Source: Rhizodiscina lignyota
Lineage: Eukaryota
Assembly (NCBI GenBank): GCA_010015805.1
Contig: ML978140.1
Location: forward strand, 62,001 to 126,000
DNA: 64,000 nt
Direction: 5' to 3'
A model generated the notes under the pieces. The model did not search any database. It was not told the DNA's origin and saw only the letters and a list, made by a program, of their open reading frames with translations. Of this stretch, positions 50,234-62,555 are shown in pieces (within the stretch, counting starts at the first letter, position 1; every line of letters begins with the position of its first letter). The position numbers and the translations under genes were made by a program.

Positions 50234-51102
50234 TCAAAGCACATATGGTACCAGCGTATATGGGGTCTTCTGCTTGTAATTGGTCCACATGTTGTCATAC
50301 TATATGGTATTAGCAAACGACACAGACCTCTTCAGGAACATGTGCTTACCCTCTTGGAGCAATACTCATCTAATGCTGGGATTGCGCGAGATGAGAAATC
50401 GTAAAGGAAGAAAACACCGGTCAGCGTTGCCGAAAGCATTCCTGAAGTTGCCATTGCACCAGACGCACGCCAAAGAGTGTAACCGCTGTAGTTTGGATGG
50501 CGGACCAAGGAGAAGAGTCCTCCAGTAAAAGGTTTGCCTTTGTTCCTGACATCGGCCTTGAACTGTCTCCGCTGGATCTCGCATTGCCATTCTGCTCCAA
50601 TGCCGAGGAGAAAGAGGGCAACTCCGACGAGCAAATACAAATTTGCAAGCGTCTCGCCTCTTGGCGACGACGCCGCCGATGTTGTTGCGCAGAGGAAGAG
50701 CAAGTTGTTGAGTGTATTCCAAAAGGTGTTGAACGCCGCGACAATGACGGCGCCGGACACTGTCCAAGCTTCTTCAGCGACACAAAGGACGAACCAGATG
50801 TGCTTTATCGTGGTGATACAAGTCATGCTGAGTAAAACGGCTCTGTATGCCGAAAGGTTGAGCGCATCAATGGGTGCGATGCCGGCGTGCAGCGTCGGCG
50901 GAGATGGCCTGATTGTGCCGCCGAAGAGTTTGATGACGCCTGTTCCGTAGAGCTGCGACAAAATGCTGTATTGGATCAAGCAGTCGAGGACTCTCAAGCC
51001 TAGGAACAGAGTGGTGTTGAGAGGGGACGAGGACTTCTTCCCTCGCGGAACGAAGTCTTTGGCACGAAGCTCAGTTTGAGAGAGAGCGTCTGGACGAGCC
51101 AT
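50234..51102 (-). CDS. DUF1295 / steroid-5-alpha-reductase-like membrane protein, 2 exons
   Basis: EIQRRQFKAD...GKPFTGGLFSLVRHPNYSG; intron after YCSKR; last exon YDNMWTNYKQKTPYTLVPYVL-stop at 50234. Confidence 0.85.
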
Positions 51103-51537
51103 GGTTCAAATCAGCGTAGCAATGTTTCTAGGAGATGAGAAAATGAAGTCTTGACGTTATTAAAGTCATTCGAAAAGTAAGTCCGACATTTTCAATCAAG
51201 AACCTACAACGCTGGTAGTCGAGGATTACGACGCACAACGCGGGCTACGATCTCGTATCGCTCAAAGGCTCAGGTCAATGCTTGCGCCTTCCCGGTGATG
51301 AAGCTAAAAGATGTGTGTTGCGAGATTTACTAGCGAAGGTCATACCGCAGCAAGCCGACTGCTTCACGTAGCACGTGAGGTTGGCGCAGATTGATGATCA
51401 TGATTGTGCGAGGCGCCTTCCGAATCTCTCGGGCGCACTCGGGGCCGACCGCCTGCTTTCCTTTGTATCACCACGCCGACCAACTCGACCCACAACTTGT
51501 TGAACAGCCGCGAGTGTCGAGAAGTGCTGCCATAGCC

Positions 51538-53281
51538 ATGATGGAGGCTTCAGAGACGAAGAACGAGTCTGGAGACACGGTTTCACACGAGCTGAAAGAC
51601 CATCTGCCCGCAGTTGATGCTGCTACGCCTTCCAAACCCACGGCCGGCGACAGTAAACAGAGCAAGCCGGAAGAGGAGCCAGATGCAGAAGACGAGGCAA
51701 AATACCCAGGCCCTGCTGCTGTTGCTCTGCTCATGCTGGCCATCTCCTGCGCAATGTTCCTGGTCTCTTTGGTGCGCTGCTTTTGAGGGCCCTTCAAGAT
51801 CGCCCAGAGTACTGACACGCCTCCAGGACCGCACTATCCTCGCGACTGCCATTCCACGAATCACAGACCAGTTCCACTCTTTTGAAGATATCGCTTGGTA
51901 CGCCAGCGCGTATGCGTTGACGGGTTGCGCGATGCAGCTCCCCCTCGGTCGCTTCTACAGCTTCTACCCTCCAAAACTGGTCTTCATCTCGCTCGTCGCC
52001 CTGTTCGTCGTAGGCTCCGCAATTTGCGCGGGCGCATTCAGCTCCAAGACGATCATTATCGGACGCGCTGTTCAAGGCATCGGCTGCGCCGGTGTCTTTT
52101 CGGGTTCCATGATACTTTTGGTGGGCAACGTACCTCTTCGTAGGCGTCCAATGTTCATGGGCCTGCTCATGGCCATCATGAGTATCTCTGCCGTCATCGG
52201 TCCGCTGATTGGGGGAGCATTAACAACCAACGCCAGCTGGCGATGGTGCTTCATCATTAACATTCCAATTGGACTGGTCACCATCATCGTTCTCTTCTTC
52301 ACCGCAAAAGCTCTTCCAGGAAAGGAGCAGGAAAAGGGAATTGTTGAGAAGCTGAAGCACCTTGATCCGCTCGGGGAAGCACTACTCATCCCAGCCATAA
52401 TATGTCTTGTCCTTGCACTTCAATGGGGCGGCTCGCAGTACTCCTGGGCGAGTTGGCGCATCATCCTTCTCCTCGTGCTCAGCGTACTCCTTGGGGTTGG
52501 CTTCGCTGTCGTCCAGGTTCGCATGCCGGATACGGCGACCATCTCACCACGAGTCATCAGCCAGCGTACGGTGGCAGCCTGCTTCTTTTGTTCAACTTGC
52601 ACAGGTGGCGCCATGATGGTTGTCGTCTACTGGATCCCTATTTGGCTCCAAGCCATTAAGGGTGTAGGTCCAACCAAATCAGGAGAGATGATGATTCCTT
52701 TACTTCTCTCGCAGTCTATAGGATCCATACTCAGTGGTGTGCTGGTATCACAACTAGTCGGGTATGCGTCGCCCTTCATGTTCCTCAGTTCGACCATGAT
52801 GGCGGTGGGCGCTGGCCTTCTCTCCACCTTCAAGGTGACATCGGGTGCTCGCGAGTGGATCGGCTACCAAGTTCTCTTCGGATTGGGACTCGGCTTGGGA
52901 ATGCAGCAGGCATCCACCGCCGTCCAGCCGGTGCTTAAGAAAGCCGATCTCCCCTCGGCCTTCTCACTCATCTTCTTCGGTATGCAGCTTGGCGGTTCGA
53001 TCTGCGTGTGTGTCGGTCAAAACGTCCTCAACCAACAGCTTATCAGGAATTTGAGGAAAGCACACATACCTGGTCTTGACCCAAAGACAATCCTTGACAC
53101 AGGAGCGACTGACCTCCGCAACCTCGCCCGTACTCCCGTCGAGATGGCGCGGCTTCTCTTGGCCTACAATGACTCTCTGACGAGTGTGTTCTACGTTGCA
53201 GCAGCGGTGGCAGCCATCTCCATGATTGGTGTTGTCCTTGTGGAATGGAGAAGCGTAAAGGGACTGAAGCCAGGTCATTGA
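51538..53281 (+). CDS. MFS 14-TM efflux transporter (DHA2; AurT/AflT/CFP-like), 2 exons
   Basis: MFLVSL|DRTILATAIPRITDQFHS, WYASAY, GPLIGGALT...WRWCFIINIPIG, WIGYQVLFG, VEWRSVK; intron 51772-51826. Confidence 0.93.
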
Positions 53282-53695
53282 TAACAGCGAGATACTGTGT
53301 ACATAGTACGGCGTGGGCAGAGATTTGCGGGGTTCATCATCCTGGCGGCTCGGCAGAGTCCACAGTGGAGACTCCGTACGGTAGCGTGGGGGCGCCGCCG
53401 TGGGTTCACCTTTATCCTGACATCTGTCCTGCTACAATTGCCTCATTTCGCCCTTTCGCGAACATTTTAATTGCAGTGGTCTACCGGTCTCTGAACCAAA
53501 TGGCATTTTGTTTGTAGCTATTACCCGCAAAACACACCAATCTCATCTCAAACGGAGTGCGAAAACAGAACGCGAGGCCGAAAAACTTCGGTGTAACCTC
53601 ACATGATGCCGCATTGGTTCATGGACGTGGCCGACGAGGCGATGATTGTTACTGAGGAATTATTACGAATGCCCTTGAAGCGTCCCCTTCGATGA

Positions 53696-54286
53696 TCATA
53701 GCTCTCCACAGAAGCTACGGTAAAGCTGGGTATTGCCATCTGCCGGTACCGCATCGACAGCTTTCGCCGTTCTCTTCTCGACCCCACCAACGAACTTCCC
53801 ATCGCGCAAAACCTCGGTGAACCATCCAATCGTCATCCTGCCGGCAATATCAACGCTCAATTCCGCTCAAGTTCATGATGGAGTCACTTACTGCGACGCT
53901 TTCGTGTCAGCAAATTTCTCATGATCCGGACCAACTTCGCTCCTGAAGTACGGATCGGCTTTCATGCGAACGAAACACGCGATGTCCGGGAAGACGATCT
54001 GAATACACGAATCATAGCGCGCGACGTTCGCGAACTGAGGATCGTAGATCTCCTTCATCAAATCTCTGGTTTGGTCTGTGTTGTGCGTCTGAAATTCTTT
54101 AGCGAGCTTCAACGTCTCATCTTTCGGCCTCACCATGGTCCATCGACGGAATCCATATTTCTCCATCATGCCGCTAACGAGAGGAGCGTGGACGTTCAGC
54201 ATGTAATTTCGATAATCTTCGTCCTTCATTCCTGGCCTCTTGAAGCCCAGAATTGTGAGGCAAAGCACTTCGCGTTGAGTCTCCAT
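53696..54286 (-). CDS. EthD-domain protein (AurZ-like dehydratase candidate), 3 exons
   Basis: GFKRPGM...YMLNVHAPLV, YDSCIQIVFPDI, DPYF...PDHEKFADTKASQ|MTIGW; divergent from the PKS. Confidence 0.85.
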
Positions 54287-54883
54287 AATCTGTTGTTTGT
54301 CTGGTGCAAGGCTCTCAGAGATTGAATGTCAGAAAGTGTGGCCTTGATTGTAGAGCCGCAAGCAGAAGACGAAGTGTAAGTTGGCCGCTCAACTGCCTCT
54401 ATCTATTATTAGAATCCTACAGTCCTCGTGCGACGATTATCGCACTCGTTATACTTCTTATGCTATCTCAGACTTCTTCGTCCACCGCCGTTCCAATGGC
54501 CCACACACCAGTCCCTTAACATGACATATAACTGATAATGCACGTTGCTGACTGCTACAGTTCCACGGTGCTATCAATCGAGCTGAACCCAGGCCCTCCA
54601 AGATCTGGGCCCTTGTGATGCGGAGCATGTCTGCTGGGTTCTCATATCACGGTGCTACGCCGCACACCGTAGCACAGCACAAAGCTCGATTCGATCTTTG
54701 CCAGAATACGGTGATTCCAAGCTCGAAGCGAAATTGGCCAGTGTATCCAACCTCATAGATTATGAACCAGTTGTCTCTCACATGGCTTCGATCGATCTAG
54801 CTTTGTGTCCTACTCACCAAGGGCTCTGTCATACATAAGGACGATGTGGGCGTCAAGCTTTGCTACCAAGAGAGCGGCACACC

Positions 54884-54957
54884 GCTTGTTGGTGCCAAGG
54901 TCCACTATCGAGAAATTTCACAGCTGCTTGTTGACGCCAAGGTCCACTATCAAAGAA
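54884..54957. repeat. Imperfect direct repeat (about 31 bp, 42-bp period) in the PKS/EthD promoter
   Basis: GCTTGTTGGTGCCAAGGTCCACTATCGAGAA versus GCTTGTTGACGCCAAGGTCCACTATCAAAGAA. Confidence 0.8.
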
Positions 54958-55488
54958 CTGGCACAAGGCCTGCCGGCGAGGCTTAACTACGGCAGCTGAA
55001 TGATTGCAGCGCCTCAGTGTTCCCATCTACGGCTTTCAGCTGCCCACACAACCATTCAATATGTCGCGGCATCGCGGAAGAGACATGCTCTCCATCTCGT
55101 ATTCGAACGATGAAGCTGAGACCATTGGACATGAGCTGGAAGATGCTCCAAGCCGACTTCAGCATTGGTCCCGTCTTGAAGTAGCACTATCGTGGTAGTC
55201 TGGCTTCTCAGCTCGGCATGTCCCGCCTCTGCCGTAAATGGCACAAGTAGAGCTTCACTTTGCATATGCCCAAAGCCAGCTTGACTTTCGCATACTACTT
55301 CCGGATTCTGCCAATCAATTTTGGTTGTCGTGATGGGCAATCTCTGACTATTTATTGACAACGACCCATCCGCAATCAAGATCGACGACGAATATCCACT
55401 GCTAAGCTCCACAACCAAGCTCCGCAGACTTACTCTTCAAAACGCTACAATTCCCTCTTATACAAATCCCTTGGGACCCAATGCGGGA

Positions 55489-58400
55489 ATGGAAGAGAAA
55501 CTCCTTACCATCGTCTTTGGCGATCAGTCCGTTGCTTTTGATCCCGGACTACGATGTCATCTGGCTAATAAAGCCAATCCGACCTTGATGACCTTCTTCA
55601 ATGATGCCTATCTCGCTTTAAAATCAGAGATTGCTCGACTGCCACCGAGCCAACGGGCGGGTTTTCCAAATTCTTCCAACCTTACGGAGCTCTTGGTATC
55701 ATATCGTAAGGGGGTTCATTGCGCATTGGACAGCTCTTTGGTTTGCTTGCATCAACTTGCCTCTTTCATCGCGTATGTGCCATGGTCCTCTCACAATACT
55801 AGAGCTGTACCTTGCTAATCGGTTACAGTTACTTCAGTGAGACGCAACAGTATCCTACGCCGTCCACAACCTGCTTAGTCGGGTCATGTGTTGGCCTATT
55901 AGCTGCTACAGCTGTGAGCTGCAGTAAAAGCGTGCTCGACCTCGTTTCTCTAGTGCCAAATGTCCTTGCCATCGCCTTCCGTCTTGGGTACCTGGTGCAA
56001 GAGAAGAGCAAGTCTGTCGCAATATCAGTCTCGGGAGTCGAATCTTGGTCCTCAGTGGTTGTTGGCCTGACCATGGAGACTGCATCACAACTCCTAGCCG
56101 ACTACCACAAAGTGGTGATCCTTCCAGGCCCTTCACGTCTCTTTATCAGTGCCGTGAGTAACGGAGGTGTCACTGTCTCCGGGCCTCCAGCATTGTTAAG
56201 ACAGTTTCTCTCATCGGATGCTGCACTCAAGTCAGCCAGCGTACCGATCCAGGGCCTGTTCCATGCACCCCACCTCTACACTTCTACCGATGTCGACCTC
56301 CTGTTGAATGCCATCGATACTACGCTCCTGCATCGAGAGCCCTTAATTCCAGTCTTTTCCAATGACAATGGGGCCCCAATTATCGCAGATCGCGGCAGAG
56401 CGCTTCTGCGAGCCGCTCTTTCGGAAATCTTGTGCAAACAATTGCGATGGGACATCATGCTTGGGGGAATTGCTCTCAGTGTACGAGAACGCTTCACCTC
56501 ATGCCATCAAATTCTTCCTTTCGCCTCAGGAAGCATACAGAGTCTCGCTGCTGCAGTGAGTGGGCCGGGGCTTGCTAATCTCGAGATCTTGACGACTTCG
56601 GATTCACAGCTAGACTTTGGACGCGGCCGACTTGAAGACCGGTCAAACAGATCTAAAATTGCCATCATTGGATTTTCCGGTAGATATCCACATGCCCAAG
56701 ATAATGAAGCCTTTTGGCAGCTTCTTGTTGACGGCCTCGACGTTCATCAAGAGATTCCGAAAGACCGATTCGATCCCTCGCTGTATTTCGACTCTACTTG
56801 CAAGAGGAAGAACACTAGTGGCGTGACAAAGGGTTGCTTCGTCCTCAATCCGGGTTTCTTCGATGCTCGGTTCTTCAACATGTCCCCAAGGGAAGCGGAG
56901 CAGTCCGATCCTGCGCAGAGACTGGCATTGATGACCGCATACGAAGCAATCGAGATGGCGGGTCTGGTACCAGATGCTTCTCCTTCCACACAACGCGATC
57001 GTGTTGGCGTCTTCTACGGTACTACAAGCGACGATTGGCGAGAGGTCAACAGTGGACAGAATGTCGATACGTACTTCATTCCAGGTATGGGTACCTTAAC
57101 ATTGCATTAGCCATAACTAACACTACGCTAGGAGGTAATCGCGCCTTCATTCCCGGTCGCATCAACTACCACTTTCGTTTCAGCGGGCCAAGCTACAGTG
57201 TCGACACAGCTTGCTCCTCAAGTCTAGCGGCGATCCACCTGGCTTGCAACTCCTTGTGGAGAGGCGACTGCGACTCGGTTATTGCTGGCGGAACTAATAT
57301 CATGACCAATCCAGACAATTTTGCGGGTCTCGATAGGGGGCATTTCCTTTCGCGTACGGGAAATTGCAACACATTCGATGATGCTGCGGATGGGTACTGC
57401 AGGTCTGATTGCGTCGGCACAGTCATCTTGAAACGAATGGAGGATGCGCAAGCAGATGGCGACCCTATATTTGGGACCATCCTCGGGGCGTATACAAATC
57501 ACTCTGCCGAGTCTGTTTCGATCACTCGGCCACACACTGGCGCGCAGGAGGCGATATTCAAAAAGATACTCGGCTCAGCTGGCGTCCATCAGTCTGAGGT
57601 TAGTTATGTCGAAATGCACGGCACCGGAACCCAACACGGCGATGCTGCAGAAATGAAGTCCGTTCTCAACGTGTTTGCTCCAGAAGGTGCCAGTGCTCGG
57701 AGCCAGGCGCTGCATCTCGGGTCTGCCAAGGCAAACATCGGTCATGCCGAATCGTCTTCAGGCGTTGCATCTCTGGTCAAGGTCCTACTTATGATGGAAA
57801 ATAATACGATCCCCCCTCACGTTGGAATCAAAACGAAGATCAACCGCAACTTTCCCACCGACCTTACCGAGCGCAATGTGCACATCGCGCTAAAGCCGAC
57901 CGAGTGGGTACGGTCCACTGACAAGTCGCACGGGCGAAGAGCCTTTGTCAACAACTTTAGTGCGGCAGGGGGGAACTCGTCCCTGTTAGTCGAAGATGCA
58001 CCGCAGATGCAAGCTCCAAGTGAAGACCCGAGGCCGTTACATATGGTTGCATTGTCTGCAAAAAGCTCAGCGTCACTCAAAAAGAGCATTTGCGCGCTCC
58101 ACTCATTCCTCGAAGAGCATCCAGATCTGTCACTCGGCTCTCTTTCCTTCACGACCACCGCGCGACGCATTCATCACAACTTCCGCGTCATGGTTAACGG
58201 CGAAGACATTGACAGCATCAAAGATGCACTTTGGAGTCTTCGTACCCAAGAGAAGTTCCTGTGCATCCCTCCAAGCTCAGTTCAGGTGGGGTTCTGCTTC
58301 ACTGGTCAAGGCTCCCAGTACCTTGGGATGGGCCGACAACTTCTCGAGATGCCTCAGTTCCGGTCCAGCATTTTGCAGTACGAAGAGATTATCCGGGCAC

Positions 58401-61400
58401 AAGGGTTTCAGCCTATTCTTCCTCTGCTCGACGCAACTTTCCCACATGCCATGGCAGAACGTCCTCCTCTAATGGTGCAGCTGGCACTTACTTGCTTACA
58501 AATGGCGCTGGGAAAGCTGTGGAAATCGCTTGGAGTCAGTCCCAACGTGGTGGTTGGCCACAGTCTTGGAGAGTACGCCGCTATGAACATCGCTGGTGCC
58601 TTGTCGGACGTGGATACAATCTACCTCGTCGGTACTAGAGCAAGGCTTTTACAGCAGTATTGCTCCACTGGCACGCATGCGATGCTAGCTGTCAAGGCAC
58701 CTTTGCAGGATCTCGCTGTCCATCTCTCGGTTTTCCAGACACTTGACATTGCTTGCATCAATGGCCCCGAGGAGACTGTCATTGCTGGCGTCGAGGCCGA
58801 AATCCAAAGGCTCGCCAATTCCCTCGCGGCTATTTCGATCAAGGTCACAAAGCTGAATGTTCAATTTGCTTTCCATTCCGGGCAGGTCGAACCGATGCTG
58901 GAAGCCTTCGAGCGTGCCAGCAAGTCGATCAAGTTCACCGACCCGGACATCCCAATTCTATCACCACTTCTCGGTCAGGTTATCCACAAGGCTGTGGATC
59001 TTGGTCCAGCAAGCCTCTATTGGAGTCGCCACTGCAGGGAAACGGTAAACTTCCTTGACGCTTTGCAACATGGAAGTGCAGCTGGAACGATTTCAAACAA
59101 AATGACTTGGGTAGAGATTGGTCCCCACCCCATTTGCTCGGCTATGTTGAAATCTACTCTGGGCTCCCGCACTAAAGCATTTCCAAGTTTGCGTCGCAAT
59201 GAAGAGAGTTGGCCGGTTCTTGTCTCGACGTTGACGGCTCTGTTCGAGAATGGCGTTCCTATCGACTGGAATGAGTATCACCACGGATTCAGAGCGAATC
59301 TACGAGTTCTAAGGTTGCCGGCATACCAATGGGACTTGAAGAACTACTGGATTGACTATGTGCACAACTGGTGTTTGACCAAGGGAGACATGCCCCCCAA
59401 ACATTTGGCCGCTGAGCAAGTCCCCAAGCGCTTCACCGCATCCGTCCAAAAGATCATCGAAACAGAATCCAACAGCAACACAGCTTCTGTGCTCGCCGAG
59501 TCTGATCTAACAGATCCTGATTTCCAGATGTTACTTGAAGGACACAAGGTCAATGGTCAGCCTCTGTGTACGTCATCGGCGTATGCGGACATGGCACTGA
59601 CCCTCTTCAACTACCTGCTCGCCCGATCGCCTCTCGCAAAGAGCAATGAGATCGGTGTTGAAGTTCAACGGATGGTTGTCGACAAGCCGTTGACTTTTAA
59701 GCGAACCTCATCGCAAGTCATCAGGATGACCGCATCTGCGAATTGGCCAGCAAAGACGGCAACTTTCAGCGTCTGGAGCATTTCAAATGACAGAAAGGAA
59801 ACTGTGGGTCACGCCAAGTGTCACGGGTCTTTCAGCGCACGAAATGACTGGCTGGCCGAGTGGAAGCGGAGCCAAAGTTTCATCAGATCGAAGATCGAAC
59901 ACTTACGGAATGCGGCACATGAGACCTCCAGCTCTACTAACGTCATCAAAACCGGCATGTTCTACAAACTCTTTAGCTCTTTGGTCGAATATCACGACAA
60001 TTTCAAGGGCTATCGCGAGGCAGTCCTCCGGTCCGCGGACCATGAAGCTACTGGCATAGTCAAATTCACCACTACAGCGGATGAAGCTAGCAAGTGGTAC
60101 TGCAGCCCGTATTGGATTGACAGTCTCGGTCAGATTACAGGATTCACGATGAATGCGAACGATGCCGTTGATTCGAAGAACCAGGTCTTTATAAATCATG
60201 GGTGGGAGAGGATGCGCATTGCTACACCATTCTCTGACCAGACGACCTACCAGACCTACGTCAAGATGCAAAAGAGAGACCAACGCTCGTACGCTGGTGA
60301 CGTTTACATCTTAGACCAGGATGATATTGTTGCAGTCTATGAAGGCGTCACATTCTCCAGCATGCCGAGAACGGTGCTGGATACCGTGTTGCCTAATCCG
60401 TTGTCGACTAAACCTATCAAAGCTGCACCTGCATCGCGTCCCATCATTCAAAACCCTCTTGAACTTCCACAGCGACAATCGGAAGCTCGCAGTCTTGATG
60501 TTGAGAAGGTCAAAGCGATTGTCGCCCAAGAGATTGGCGTCCAAGTCTCTGAACTTGATGACGATGAAGACTTGACGAACTTGGGCATGGATTCACTTCT
60601 CTCGTTAACGATATCAGACAGAATCTACGACGACGTCGGAATCAAGGTTGACTCCGGCAGTCTGCTAGGGAATATGTCAATAACAAAGCTCCATTCACAG
60701 CTCACCTCGCCTTCAGGCTCAACGGACGCAGTCGCCACTCGGCCATCCACAAATTCTACGCCCGAATCCACTCGTTCGCCTACAATACCAACGCCTTTCT
60801 CGACCCCCGGCCATTCTGAACCGAATCCATCTAGTCATCAAGTCTTGATTTCTGTTGCGAGGATTCTGGCCGAGGAGATTGGCGTGCAACCGGATGATCT
60901 TCAGGATGATATGGAGCTCTCAAGCTTTGGCTTAGACTCACTCATGTCTCTGAGCATCTTGGGTAGACTGAAGGAAGAGGCTATGATCGAGTTGGATGGA
61001 GACTTTCTGCTTACTCATCCCACTTTTGGAGCGATCCGAGAATCGTTAACCCCTTCAGGTACCGGAAAATCAACTCGTAAGCATATGATACCGCATATAC
61101 GCCGAAACGACTAATAAGACTCCAGCCTCAGCCAATATCCAGGTACCACAGACGGCTGTGGTAACGAGGCCTCAAGAACCCAAGATCCCCCCGGCTACCT
61201 CCGTTCTGCTTCATGGGAAACCAAAGTCTGCTTCGAAGATCCTATGGCTGTTCCCTGACGGGTCGGGTCTCGCCACATCTTACCTCATGCTGCCTGAGAT
61301 TGACACAGATACGGCAGTCTATGGAGTGAACAGTCCGTTCATCAAGCGCGCCGACGAGATGAAGTGCAATTTTCGGGAGCTAACAGCTGTGTACCTCAAG

Positions 61401-61967
61401 GAGATCCGCCGTCGACAACCACATGGCCCTTACTTCTTGGGCGGATGGTCGGCAGGTGGCATCAGCGCGTACGACGCTGCGCAGAGTCTTATTACCGCCG
61501 GTGAATCCGTGGGCCGTCTTATTCTCGTCGATAGTCCTAACCCTATCGGCCTTGAGAAGCTTCCACCGAGGTTGTACCACGCCTTCGACAAGGCGAATAT
61601 CTTTGGCGAAGAAGGGAAGAAACCGCCGTCCTGGCTCTTGCCGCACTTCCTAGCCTTCATTGACGTGCTGGACACATACGACCCTATTCCGTTCCAGCCG
61701 CAGCAATCGCCGCAAACATGCATCATTTGGGCGAAGGACGGAGTCGACCCAGATGAAACGGTGATTGAAGTTCGACCCGATGACCCGAGGGAGATGAAAT
61801 GGCTTCTAAAGGATCGCAAAGAATTAGGCCCGAACGGATGGGGCCACCTTCTCGGGTGTGAGAATATCGCTATTGACGTGCTGGACAATGCGAATCACTT
61901 CACTATGATGAAAGGAGCCGCGGCTAGCATCCTGAGTAAGCTTATTGGGAGGGCTATGCGTACTTGA
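55489..61967 (+). CDS. Non-reducing iterative type I PKS, SAT-KS-AT-PT-ACP-ACP-TE/CLC
   Basis: SAT FGDQ and GSCVG; KS DTACSSS, EMHGTGT, KANIGH; AT GHSLG and AFHS; PT EGHKVNG; ACPs GMDSL and GLDSL; TE LFPDGSG, GWSAGG, NHFTMM; introns 55773-55828, 57085-57131, 61077-61125. Confidence 0.97.
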
Positions 61968-62555
61968 CATTCTACCGCTCCATATCTTTCTACATTGCTC
62001 TGCGTTGTTCGGCGTTTTGCCTTCCGTAGAATTGCAGGCTTCCATTCCTGGTAGAGTCTCACTGAGGACCCGCGGTCAATATATTCAATATATTAGGTTG
62101 AATCTTTTAACGATGATCCAGATGCGGATTGAATATAAGCAAACTTCATAAGAGGGCGGAAGGTATTGTTACAGTGTTTGGATATTGGTGGGGGCCCTCG
62201 TCAGCTAAATGATACTGGATCGTGCACGGTGCTTCTACTTGGATGGGCCTTCTGCGGCTCGACGTACGCAGACCTCTGGTAAATATATCTTGGCAAGTGT
62301 GGCTGGGTGTCTCTGTGAGATTTGGAAGGGAGAGAGGCACATCTGACAGCACCTCGATGCTGCGTTCAGATGGAGTTGATTATTAGCTTATTGAAGATTT
62401 TTGGAATTGATTTCATCTGTCATCTGATATTGTAGACCATTATGAGTAGAGACTCTTTTGACCATACCACATCTTATCAGCTACGTCACCTTCGAGCCAC
62501 TGAATGGATACTTCAAACTTGACCACTTGCAGTTCACCGATTTTCAGTTCGACAC

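Noticed and set aside
55489..61967. PKS as the standard DHN-melanin synthase
   Set aside because: The domain order fits, but there is no scytalone dehydratase, THN reductase or Cmr1-type TF nearby, and the efflux pump, EthD and FMO point to an exported metabolite. Not excluded without phylogeny.
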